A DNA stretch of 64,000 bases, taken from NCBI GenBank assembly GCA_963804995.1, contig CAWDSK010000003.1:1216001-1280000 (forward strand), read 5' to 3'. The notes beneath the pieces were generated by a model. That model was not told the origin of the DNA and ran no database searches. It saw nothing but the letters and a program-made list of their open reading frames with translations. The translations under genes and the position numbers were made by a program. How positions within the stretch are numbered: position 1 is the first letter of the stretch; each line of letters opens with the position of its first letter. This DNA comes from an uncultured Acidobacteriota bacterium (GTDB lineage: Bacteria > Acidobacteriota > Terriglobia > UBA7540). Of the stretch, positions 40,287 through 50,099 are shown one piece after another.

Positions 40287-41123
40287 TTAGTGTGCCTCCA
40301 CCGTACCAACTTGCTGGGCGGCATCGGGCGAAGGCGTAGCAGGTTTTGCGGTCGAAACCGTTGGCGCCGGGGCTCGTGTTGCAGGCCCGGAGGAAGCGGC
40401 ATTCGTTGGCATTAGGGTCGTAGTCGCATCCGCCGCCGAGGGCGCCTGCGGTACCACACCCGTGGGTCGCTGCGGAGCAGGTGCGGTGCTTGGGGCAACG
40501 GGGTTGGGGCTTGCGGGGCTGACTGCCCGCTCTTTGGGTCGTACGGCTCCGGCTCCAGGTCCTTGCGGTCGAGGGGCCTGGCGAACTACTGGGCGGAACA
40601 GGATTTCGAACTGTACCTTATCCAGATCTCCATCCTGAAATTCCAGGACTTGGTCAAAGCCTTCTTCCCGAATCACGGCTTTGGTCAGGTCGAAACCCTG
40701 GTGATGGCGCTCAATCACCATCCGCCCCACGGAGCGCTCGCGTTTCTCGTCCCGCTCAACACAGGTTTCAAGTGGCACATCGAATAGCACCGCCACAGCC
40801 GGAACCTGGAATTTCTTTGCCAAGTCGAGCAGATCCTTGCGCGCTGGGGCGGTCAACGCTGTTGAATCCACTACGCAGAGGCGGTTGAGGGTGAGACGCT
40901 GTGCAATCAGGAAATGTACCAAGGCGAAGGCCTGCGCATTAAAGCGCTGATCCCGGTCGTCGTCGCACACACACGCGCGTGCCCAATCCGAGGAGATGAT
41001 TTGCGTGGGGCGGAAATGGCGCGCCGCAAAGGTGGATTTTCCACACGCCGCGGGTCCACAGAGGACCACGATCGAAGGCCTAAGAATTCGGACAGACTTG
41101 GAGGAGTTGGATTCAGAGGTCAT
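40287..41123 (-). CDS. P-loop kinase (AAA_33 / polynucleotide-kinase-like) with Pro/Ala-rich tail
   Basis: GPAACGKST, IISSD, VVDSTAL, FDVPLETCVERD. Confidence 0.85.
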   Translation of the reverse strand: MTSESNSSKSVRILRPSIVVLCGPAACGKSTFAARHFRPTQIISSDWARACVCDDDRDQRFNAQAFALVHFLIAQRLTLNRLCVVDSTALTAPARKDLLDLAKKFQVPAVAVLFDVPLETCVERDEKRERSVGRMVIERHHQGFDLTKAVIREEGFDQVLEFQDGDLDKVQFEILFRPVVRQAPRPQGPGAGAVRPKERAVSPASPNPVAPSTAPAPQRPTGVVPQAPSAADATTTLMPTNAASSGPATRAPAPTVSTAKPATPSPDAAQQVGTVEAH

Positions 41124-41357
41124 AAAAGCTTGAGAACGTCCCGCACCCTTTTGAGGTTACGTCCCTGATTCCGCCGTATTGGGGCAATATCCCGGATTTC
41201 TCACCAGGGAGGGGAGGGGCTGTCGTGTCAAATCCTCATCACCCCGGCTGGACCTGCGGTATATTCGATTGGCGCCTGCGCCGGTTTTGTTGTCTACGTC
41301 GAGCGAAACGGTGCTGGCAGGTGTCCATTCTTACTGAGGACGCCATCTGGAGAGTAT

Positions 41358-41747
41358 GTGGCCGCTACCGTTGTGGCTTTAGTCGACAACCTCTTCTTTC
41401 TCTCGCGGATTCGCGAAACGGCGAAGGCGGCCGGCGTGACGGTCATCACCGCCGACCCGAAACGCGGCGCTGCATGCGTCTCCGAGGCCCGACCCCAAGC
41501 CGTTTACCTTGACCTCAACTCACGCGGCTTCCCTGCCCTGGAATGGATCCAAGGCCTCAAGGCTGACCCGGCGACCCGCCAGATTCCGATTGTGGGTTTC
41601 GTATCGCACGTTCAATCGGACCTCATTTCAGCAGCGCGCGCGGCGGGCTGCGACGTGGTGCTGGCGCGCTCGGCCTTCAGCCAACAACTTCCGGGCCTGC
41701 TCCGCCGGCTCGTTTCAGAAGCTTCGGCAGACCATCCGCAAGAATAA
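41358..41747 (+). CDS. Single-domain response-regulator-like protein
   Basis: VDNLFF, VYLDLN, DPATRQIPIVGF, ARAAGCD. Confidence 0.75.
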   Translation: MAATVVALVDNLFFLSRIRETAKAAGVTVITADPKRGAACVSEARPQAVYLDLNSRGFPALEWIQGLKADPATRQIPIVGFVSHVQSDLISAARAAGCDVVLARSAFSQQLPGLLRRLVSEASADHPQE

Positions 41748-41790
41748 GCGGCGCGGGGCGTACATCGTGGCACGCGGCCTCTCCGGTGAT

Positions 41791-41885
41791 GGGGCCGGTT
41801 GGCGCAGGGCGAGCGCAGCCCTGCGAGTCTAGTGTGGTCTGATGACGTGAATCGCAGAGCTGGGCTCGCTCTGCGCCAACCTGCC
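41791..41885. repeat. Palindromic repeat flanking the IS110 element
   Basis: ggttggcgcagggcgagcgcagccctgcga / tcgcagagctgggctcgctctgcgccaacc; similar arm at ~43722-43755. Confidence 0.7.
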
Positions 41886-42120
41886 TGGTGAAGCGGGTAG
41901 CCATCTCTGAAACCGCGATGCCGTGTCAAGCGGATTTTAGGTGCCGATTGACAGAAGTCTGCACCTAGTTTCAGAATGGCAGTCAGCCGGCGAAGCGGAA
42001 GCGGGCTCTGCTGGCGAGCAACCCGCCGAGGAATAGCCGGTGGGAGGCTCATCGTAACGACGAGCAGGGGGGCGATGGGATGATCGCTCCTCCTCCTGGT
42101 GGTTACGATAGCTTCCCCAT

Positions 42121-42497
42121 GCCTGAGAAAACGCCCGGCCGATTACGATCCTCGCCGAGTTCGCCACTCCGAAACTTGCACGGCTAAGTTAAAACACCTC
42201 CCTGGGGTAGGGCCAGGTTCTCACCCTGGCCTGCCGGTGGTGCGGTGGCCCAAGAGAAATCCCCAGGCCACGCACCCCCGACCGCGGCCGAGGAGAAGAA
42301 TTCTCGCTCGGCCCTTTCTGAAACTCGGAGCCCAGGACGTGGGCGCTTGTCGCTTGCCACGATGTCGCCGGCGGATGCGCCGATTCCAGTCATCTCTACA
42401 GGATCACTGCGGGGGTCTCCCGCAGGCCTCAGTCTGTTGTTCGAGGGGCAGTTCCTCATCACGGTTCGGGTTTGGTTTCCCCATGGCTACCTCAGGC
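42121..42497 (-). ncRNA. Predicted bridge/seek RNA of the IS110 element (3' limit uncertain, may extend to ~41930)
   Basis: Contains GGTAGCCAT and ACCGTGATG (target halves) and AGAGATG and GACATC (donor-junction halves); closed by GCCTGAG/CTCAGGC; several hairpins. Confidence 0.78.
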
Positions 42498-43538
42498 TTA
42501 CTGCCCCAGCTTGCCGGCTCTCCGGCCCCAACGTTCGGCCTGGAAAGGTGCTCCGTGTTTCAAAACTCCGTAAACGCAGCGGGCGACCGAACCCGCCACC
42601 GCCGTCTTGGCCACATTGGGGTGCTTGTGGCAGCGCCGCAGGTGCCAGTAACGCTGGCCGAGCGGGCTCTTGCTGCGCGTCAGGGCGTTGGCGGCGGTGA
42701 TCAAGGCCCAGCGCAACCAGACCGGACCTTGGCGGGTGATCGGACCATGAATCGAAACCTCGCCACTATCGTAGGAACTGGGCACCAAGCCGGTATAGTT
42801 CAACAGCGCGTCGGCGGAGTCGAAACGCGCCAGGTCTCCGATCTCGCTCCAGATGACCGCCGCCAGCATGTGCCCGAGGCCGGGGATGGTCTGCAGGAGC
42901 GCCACCTGGGGGAAAGCCGCGGCGGCCGCCAGCAGTTCCGCCTCGCTGGTTTCGCGCTCGGCGCTGAGAAAATCGTACAGGCGAAACATCCGCTCGAAAC
43001 ACAACTGCGCCGCCGACGAGAGCGCTTGCTGCTGGATCCAGGCTCGCCCCTTGGCGGTGAAGACGCACCGCTGCGGTCGCAGCCCGTGCATCTCCAGCAG
43101 GCTATTGACGCGGTTCTTCGTCTGGGCCCGCAGCCGCGCCAGGCCGCACCGCTGCCGCGCCAGCAGGCGTAATTCCCGGATGGAAGGGGGCGGAAACCAA
43201 GCCTCCGGTAGCGGCTCCACGTCGTGCACCGCCAGTTTCTTCACCAAGCGCCGAGTGTCCAGCCGGTCCGACTTCTGCTTGCGCAAGCTGTCGATCCCCG
43301 CCGTGTGCACCCAGTGCGCCCGATCCCGCCACCCCGCCTCTTCCAGCACACTCATCACAAAATAACCGCTGGTGGAAACTTCCAGAGCGATCTCCGCATC
43401 CGGCGGCAGCTCCGCCAAGCGCTGCCGCCACGCTTCCCGCGTGCACTCGATCGGCTCCAGCATTTTTACGTCTTCCCCGGGCGGAATCATCGCCATCCAA
43501 CAACGTCCCTTGTGAACGTCCGACGCAACCGGTATCAT
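42498..43538 (-). CDS. IS110-family DEDD transposase/recombinase
   Basis: SDVHK, ALEVS, KSDRLD (DEDD); TIPGLG, EIGDLARF, GLVPSSYDSG (catalytic Ser), ITRQG. Confidence 0.95.
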   Translation of the reverse strand: MIPVASDVHKGRCWMAMIPPGEDVKMLEPIECTREAWRQRLAELPPDAEIALEVSTSGYFVMSVLEEAGWRDRAHWVHTAGIDSLRKQKSDRLDTRRLVKKLAVHDVEPLPEAWFPPPSIRELRLLARQRCGLARLRAQTKNRVNSLLEMHGLRPQRCVFTAKGRAWIQQQALSSAAQLCFERMFRLYDFLSAERETSEAELLAAAAAFPQVALLQTIPGLGHMLAAVIWSEIGDLARFDSADALLNYTGLVPSSYDSGEVSIHGPITRQGPVWLRWALITAANALTRSKSPLGQRYWHLRRCHKHPNVAKTAVAGSVARCVYGVLKHGAPFQAERWGRRAGKLGQ

Positions 43539-43930
43539 CGTCTTGCCTCCTCGTTGAATTTCTTTCCCAGGTCCAGTCTACCTGGACCCGAGGAGGCATC
43601 GCCGTTTCATAACATCACGGTCAGCGATTTTCTGACCGTGGGCTTTTCCCACGCCAAGCATGCTACACCCAATCCCGAAGACCATACAGCGCTCGTGCGG
43701 CATTGATGAAAGACCCACGGGGGCTGGCGCATCAGGGCGAGCCCAGCCCTGGGATTTCTCGAACTCGAAAAGGCGCAGATAAATCCAGAATACGGGGGAT
43801 GAACAGAGACGTGAATCGCCCCGACGCTTCGGGGCGCCCGCCCTTAGAAAAGCCCAGAATTGTACCGTCCTGGACGACTACCCGCTGGCTGTTTGCGCCC
43901 CCGTCTTACTTGCAGTAAAGTAGACTCATC

Positions 43931-44221
43931 ATGGCGAAGAAGGATAATCCTATGACCATCACCCTCAGTCCAGACCAGGAGCAGGCGGTCCGCGACGCCA
44001 TTCGCGCCGGCAAGGTCACCTCGGTTGACGAACTAATCGCGCGGGCGATTGCCAGCTTGCCCAAGGATGACGAAACTCCGCCCGTAAGCTCATCCTCCAG
44101 TGTCTTTGCGCAGGGCCTGGGTTTGTTTGGCAGTCCGGAAGACGCTTCTCTGCTTGACGAGGTGGTATCCATCGCCTACCAGGAGAGACGCCGGCCGAGC
44201 AAAAGGGAAGCGACACTCTAA
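43931..44221 (+). CDS. Putative antitoxin
   Basis: Small ORF (MTITLSPDQEQ...; alternative start 43952) ending 1 bp before a PIN-domain gene. Confidence 0.7.
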   Translation: MAKKDNPMTITLSPDQEQAVRDAIRAGKVTSVDELIARAIASLPKDDETPPVSSSSSVFAQGLGLFGSPEDASLLDEVVSIAYQERRRPSKREATL

Positions 44222-44222
44222 G

Positions 44223-44642
44223 ATGACGGTCAAGGCGATCCTGGACACTGACATCCTTTCCGAATACTTCAAGGGACACAATGCTTCCGTGGCCAGTCGA
44301 GCCGAGAGCTACGCCAAGGACCATGGCTTTTTCACCTTTACGAGCGTTACTGTCTACGAGATCGTTTATGGCCTTGAGCTGAAGGGAGCTTCGAGCCAAT
44401 TGAAAAAGGTTCTGGCTTGGCTGAAGCAGAACGAAGAGATTACACCCTCCGACGCGGACTACCTTGCGGCGGCCACCATCAAGGCAACAGCAAGAAAGCA
44501 AGGCTATGTTGTCGAACTCCCGGATTGTTTGATTGCCGCAATTGCCGTGCGGCTGAACCGGCCACTCGTCACCGGCAATACCGACGATTTCGTGACGATT
44601 CAAAGAACCGGCATCAATCTCATTATCGAAAACTGGCGATAA
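44223..44642 (+). CDS. vapC: PIN-domain (VapC-family) toxin
   Basis: ILDTDIL, TVYEI, DCLIAAIA, LVTGNTDDF. Confidence 0.9.
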   Translation: MTVKAILDTDILSEYFKGHNASVASRAESYAKDHGFFTFTSVTVYEIVYGLELKGASSQLKKVLAWLKQNEEITPSDADYLAAATIKATARKQGYVVELPDCLIAAIAVRLNRPLVTGNTDDFVTIQRTGINLIIENWR

Positions 44643-44670
44643 CTCCGCACCCGGTGCAAGCAAGCGTAGC

Positions 44671-44710
44671 GGGTAGCCGCGGTGTCGCTGCGGCGACACC
44701 GTGGCTACCC
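44671..44710. repeat. GTAG-type REP-like hairpin
   Basis: gggtagccgcggtgtcgc tgcg gcgacaccgtggctaccc (17 of 18 positions inverted). Confidence 0.75.
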
Positions 44711-45005
44711 CATCTCTCAACACCTCGCCCTATCAGAAATAATCCACATTGACGATATACGGCCTAACCGCGGGAGTGGTCGGGCGGGATCGCTGGCTAT
44801 TCGGATTCCCCGTCGGACCGGTTCCACCAGGGTCGCTGCCCGCTCGGAAACTGCCAAAGCTTGCGCCCTTGCCCCTTCCACCTATAGCCTGCTTCCCTTC
44901 CCCTTCCCCCTCCCGCCCCCAGCCTGAAGGCCATGTTAGAATGAAGCTTCGGTAACACGCGCGGGCCATTTTCTCGTTTGGAAGTGCACCCGGCAGGAAC
45001 AGGTC

Positions 45006-45497
45006 ATGGCAACCCACAAAATCCTGCCTCTCGAGCAGGCTTACCAGGTCGTTGAAGACCTGAAGCGCCGCGGCCAGCGGGTGGTCTTTACCAATGGATG
45101 TTTCGACCTGCTGCATCCTGGCCACACGCGTTGCCTGGAAGGAGCGCGCAAGCTTGGCGACGTCCTCCTGGTGGCCATCAACAGTGACCGCAGCGTGCGC
45201 GCCCTCAAGGGACCGGACCGGCCGCTGCAACCCGAAGCGGAGCGTGCGGAGATTCTTGCCGCTATGGCTGCCGTGGACTACGTGACGATCTTTGACGATC
45301 CGTCGATCCTGGGAGTGGTGGCGCGGATGCGGCCTGATGTGCTCGTTAAGGGCGGCGACTGGGGGCCAGACCAAGTAGTTGGCCGCGCTGAAGTCGAAGT
45401 CGCCGGCGGGCGCGTAGTCCAAGTTCCCGTCGTCGGGGGCTTCTCCACCAGCGCCATCATTGAAGCAGCGCGAAGAGCAGTAGGCGGAAGGCAGTAG
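45006..45497 (+). CDS. rfaE2: D-glycero-beta-D-manno-heptose 1-phosphate adenylyltransferase
   Basis: [46 protein letters not shown]. Confidence 0.93.
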   Translation: MATHKILPLEQAYQVVEDLKRRGQRVVFTNGCFDLLHPGHTRCLEGARKLGDVLLVAINSDRSVRALKGPDRPLQPEAERAEILAAMAAVDYVTIFDDPSILGVVARMRPDVLVKGGDWGPDQVVGRAEVEVAGGRVVQVPVVGGFSTSAIIEAARRAVGGRQ

Positions 45498-45582
45498 GCA
45501 GAAGGCGGCAAGCACGTTGTGCGCGTCCCGACAGAGTCGGGACAGGCAGCGAGGGGTGCGGGAAAACGCTCCCTTGCGGACA

Positions 45583-45797
45583 ACCACCCCGTCGCCTCTG
45601 GTAACCACCCCGTCGCCTCCGGCGCCACCCCTCCTGAATCAGGAGGGGAGTTAGTCAAAGAACTCCCCGCCTCAGATGAGGAGGGGTGGCGCGCTGAGCG
45701 ACGGGGTGGTGCTGATAAGTTAAAGGGGTGGCGCGCCGAGCCCCGATAGCGCGTTCTTTCCAAATTGATCATCGGGGCCGAACGCCGGGGTGGTGTT
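45583..45797. repeat. Palindromic repeat, family B
   Basis: accaccccgtcgcct tandem, ccacccctcctgaatcaggaggggag, tcagatgaggaggggtggcgc; reverse-complement similarity to 33340-33540. Confidence 0.8.
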
Positions 45798-45967
45798 GAC
45801 AAGCGGAGTAGCGCAGACCTGTCATGTAATTCTGCTATTTGTCCATTGCCGACTGTCGATTGCGGATTAGCTCAATCGACAATCAGCAATCGAAAATAAC
45901 CATTGCGAAAAGCCGCGGACCTAGCGAACAGGCGCTGCCCCTCGTTGTCACTGGTCACTGTAACTCC

Positions 45968-48900
45968 ATGCCGGATCTCCAATCCCTACTCCAGCCTCTT
46001 CTCAACCACGCCACCCTGCGTGCCGTGTGCGCGGCGATCCCTGCCAGCGGTCCACCCACCCCGGGGGTTCAACCGTTCGCTATCTCCGGCCTGACCCCTT
46101 CGGCGAAGGCATGGGTGGTGGCAGTTGTGGCGCACAAGATTCGGCGGCCCGTCGTGGTCGTGACCAAAGACAACGAGGCGGCGCAAGCCTATCGCCAGGC
46201 TACCTCCACTTTTCTCGATTGGCTGGAGCCTGCCGCCGGGGCCGCGGTTCGTATCTTGCCGGCCCTTGATTGTTCACCCTACGAGGGCCGCTCGCCCCAC
46301 GCCGAGATTCAGGAGCAGCGCGCCGTAGGGCTCTGGAACCTGGCGCGGGGTGGCGCGCGAGTGATTTACGCGCCCGTCAGCGCGGCCCTGGGGCGCTTCC
46401 GCGAGCGAGCCTTTTATTCTTCCCTGGCGCTGGAGCTAAAGATTGGCGACGAGCTGAATCTTGACAACCTGGTTGAGCAGTTGCGCAGCGTAGGTTATGA
46501 ACCCACGGAGCCGGTCGCGGCGGTTGGCCAATACTCCGTGCGGGGCGGAATCATGGACGTTTTCCCGCCCGAAGCTGAGTGGCCGTTTCGCCTGGAATTC
46601 TTCGGCGACCAGATCGAATCACTACGGGAGTTCGATCCCTCATCGCAACGCTCACGCAAGCCCGCACCCCAAGCGCTCCTGCTGCCGCTTTCGGAAGCGC
46701 AGCGCTCACCCAAGTTTTTTGACCGATTGGTGCGCCTGCTCACTCTTCGCGCCCATGAACACGCCCAGGCGCGAGGATCAAAGCTGCCCGAACGCGAACC
46801 CGACTGGGCAGCCGAGCATTCCAACCCTTTCCCCGGGTGGGAATTCTTCGTTCCCCTCGTCGAGCCGCACCCGCACACATTGTTCTCCTTGCTGGAACAG
46901 CCCGTGTTGGTCTGGGATGAACCTTTGGACCGCCATGAGCAGATCCGCGGCACGATCGAAGGCCTGGCCGCGAGCTTTGATGAAGTCCGGGATATCGTAC
47001 CGCCCCGCCCCACGCCGCAGGAAATCCTTCTGACGGAACGTGAATTCGAGCAGGCCCTCGGGAATATCCCGCAGATCGCGCTGAAAGAGTTGGCCCTCGA
47101 AGGCGTGGGGGACGGGGCTGGGGATTTGGGATTAGGAATTGGGAACTCGGAATTGGGAATGCGGAATTCGGATTTCACGGCTGGAGACGGGGGACCAGGG
47201 ATTCGGGATGCGGAGATCAGCGATGGAGTTCATGCAGGTTCGGCGGCGGTCGTTATTGGTGGCGACTTGTATTTCCCACCCCAGATCGGAAGCCCGAAGT
47301 CCGAGGCCCTAGGTCCGAAGCCTGAAGAGACAAGCCCTAGGTCCGAAGTCCGACGTTCCAACGTCCCTAGCGCCTGATCCAGAACCCCTACCCCCGAGTC
47401 CCGAGCCCGTTGGCCCATATCCCGAATCCCTGGTTCCCACCACCCTGTCCCCACCCGAAAGCCCCACGTCCCATGTCCCATATGTTGACCCTAAGCGGGG
47501 CTACGCGACCGTCGTCCCACACCTTTTGCCCCAGATTCTGAGTTCAAAGCACCTGCTCTTGAGCCAACCGCCCCCCAAATATCACGGAGGTGTTAAAGCC
47601 CTGGTAGAGGATTTGCGGGGTCGTTTGAAGCAGGGTGAAGCCGTCCTCTTCGTCATTCCCACCACTGGCAAGGTCGATCGCCTGCGCGAAATCCTGAAGG
47701 AGTACGAAATTCCTTATGATCGGGTGAAGAATGCCGAAACTCGAAATTCGAAACTCGAAACTCGCGAGCCACCCATCGAATCTCAAGCTTCGGCTTTCGA
47801 GCTTCGATCATCGGATCTCCCGATCACCCGATCGCCCGATCCTTCCGGCGTGCTGATCGTCCAAGGTGAAATTCGTGAGGGCGTGGCCTTTCCCGAACTG
47901 CGCCAGTTATGGCTGGCTGATTCCGACCTGTTCGGAGGCTTTGATTGGGCGGCGCGCGGGCGGCGCGAGCATTCGGGAATTTCCAGCTTTATCTCCGACC
48001 TCAGCGACCTCAAGGTCGGCGACTACGTGGTGCATATCGATCACGGCATCGGCATTTATCAGGGTTTGCGGCAACTGTCGGTGGCAAGCGCCACGCGCGA
48101 CTTCATGCTGCTGACTTACCAGGAAGAGGCCAAGCTTTACGTGCCGCTCGAGCGCCTTGACCTGGTGGAAAAGTACCGCTCCGGCGAAGGCGCCAAGCCC
48201 GTGCTGGATCGCCTGGGCGGAACAAGTTGGGAACGCACCAAAACTCGCGTCAAACGCGCCCTCCGCGATATGGCCCAGGAACTCCTGCAACTTTATGCGG
48301 AGCGCAAGATGCGCGGAGGTGTGGCTGCCTCCTCGGACACACCCTGGCAGCGCGAATTCGAGGCCGCATTTGAATTCGAGGAGACGCCGGACCAGCTTAC
48401 CGCCTTCGCCGACATTAAGCGGGACCTGGAAAGTCCCGAGCCTATGGACCGCCTGCTCTGTGGCGACGTTGGGTACGGCAAAACCGAGCTCGCCATGCGC
48501 GCCGCCTTCAAGGTAATTCAGGATGGCCGCCAAGTGGCCGTGCTCGCGCCCACCACGGTGCTGGCGTTCCAGCACTTCACGACCTTTCGCCAGCGCATGG
48601 CAGCGTTCCCGGTACGGGTTGAAATGCTCAGCCGCTTCCGCTCTGCCGCCGAGCAGAAGAAAGTTGTGGCCGATGCGGCAACAGGTAGCGTGGATATCCT
48701 CATCGGCACGCACCGGTTGCTCTCCAAAGACGTTCAGCTCCACGACCTGGGATTGCTGATCGTGGATGAGGAACAACGCTTCGGGGTGGCAGCGAAAGAA
48801 AAACTGAAGAAGATAAAGTCCGGTGTGGATGTCCTGACCATGTCCGCCACACCCATCCCGCGCACTTTGCACATGTCGTTGGGCGGACTGCGTGACCTCT

Positions 48901-50000
48901 CAGTGATTGAAACGCCCCCGCGCGGCCGCCTGGCCATTCAGACCACGGTAGCGCCCTTTAATCAGGCCCTCATCCAGTCGGCCATCCTGCAGGAGATGCA
49001 GCGGCAGGGTCAGGTCTTCTTCGTTCATAACCGCGTGGAGTCGATTTTCCAGATCGCTGCACTCCTCCAGCGCCTGGTGCCCACGGCGCGGATGGGCGTG
49101 GCGCACGGCCAGATGGGTGAAAAGGATCTCGAGCGGGCCATGCTGAAGTTCATGCAAGGCGAATATGAGGTTCTGGTGGCCACGGCTCTTATCGAGAACG
49201 GCCTCGACATCCCCCGCGCCAACACCATCATCGTGAATCACGCGGACCGCTTCGGGCTGGCGGACCTTTACCAGCTTCGCGGGCGCGTGGGGCGCTCGAA
49301 TCGCCGCGCCTATGCCTATTTCCTGATTGCCTCGGAAGACACGCTGACGCCCATTGCGCGCCGGCGGCTGGCGGCGCTCAAGGAATTCTCCGACCTTGGC
49401 GCAGGCTTCCGTCTGGCGGCGCTCGATCTGGAGCTGCGGGGGGCGGGCAATCTGCTGGGCGCCGAGCAACATGGCCACTTGAATGCCATCGGGATCGACC
49501 TTTACCTTAAGATGCTGGAGCAGTCGGTGGAAGAGCTGAAAGGCGCGCCTGCAAAAATTGAAGTGCGCACCGCCATCAACCTGGGGCTCGATATCAAGAT
49601 TCCTGACCAATACATTCCAGACGAAAACCAGCGGCTGCGCATGTACAAACGGATCTCAGGCGTGGCCACTCCCACCGAGCGCGCCGACCTCGAATCCGAA
49701 CTTGCTGACCGCTTCGGTCCCATTCCGCCCTCCGTCTCGAACCTGCTCGATTATGCGCTGCTCAAGACCGCCGCGGAACAGTTGCTGGTGCAGACCGTAG
49801 AACGTAAAGCCGAGGAGGTCTGGGTAAAGTTCCACGCGGAGGCTCCCGTAGATCCCCAAGCGCTGGCCCAGTTTGTGCGCCGCCGGCGTGAGGCCAGCTT
49901 CCGTCCTGACCGCGTTCTACGCTTCCGCGTGCGCGAAAGCGATGGCAACCTGATGGCGCAAGTCCAAAACGTCTTGCAGGAACTGCACCTGCGGCCTTAA
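45968..50000 (+). CDS. mfd: Transcription-repair coupling factor with a low-complexity insertion and one frameshift (between 47313 and 47374)
   Basis: N-part [28 protein letters not shown]-part [63 protein letters not shown]. Confidence 0.92.
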
Positions 50001-50099
50001 GATGGCAACAGCATAAGTGGGGGGCTGATACAACCCTGGCGCACGTTGCCAGCTCCAAGAAGAGAACCCGGACATAGACAGGAAGGTCGAGAGGTACCC

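Larger units (their letters stand above)
41902..43616 (-). mobile_element. Complete IS110-family (IS1111-type) insertion sequence
   Basis: CATC at both ends (41902-41905, 43613-43616); 15-bp subterminal IRs tgaaaccgcgatgcc (41908-41922) and ggcatcgccgtttca (43595-43609), one mismatch; outward TTGACA on the minus strand at 41924-41929; long non-coding region 3' of the transposase. Confidence 0.92.

Noticed and set aside
40287..41123. Pnkp-Hen1 RNA repair system
   Set aside because: Only the kinase domain is present; no phosphatase, ligase or Hen1 nearby
42184..42462. 92-aa ORF downstream of the IS110 transposase as cargo
   Set aside because: No motifs; it overlaps the guide segments and hairpins, better explained as RNA
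461..45797. CRISPR array
   Set aside because: Repeats are dispersed palindromes or 7-mers, with no regular repeat-spacer units and no cas genes
47100..47530. Intein or self-splicing intron in mfd
   Set aside because: No C/S...HN intein ends and no recognisable group I/II intron motifs; the insert is low-complexity repeat
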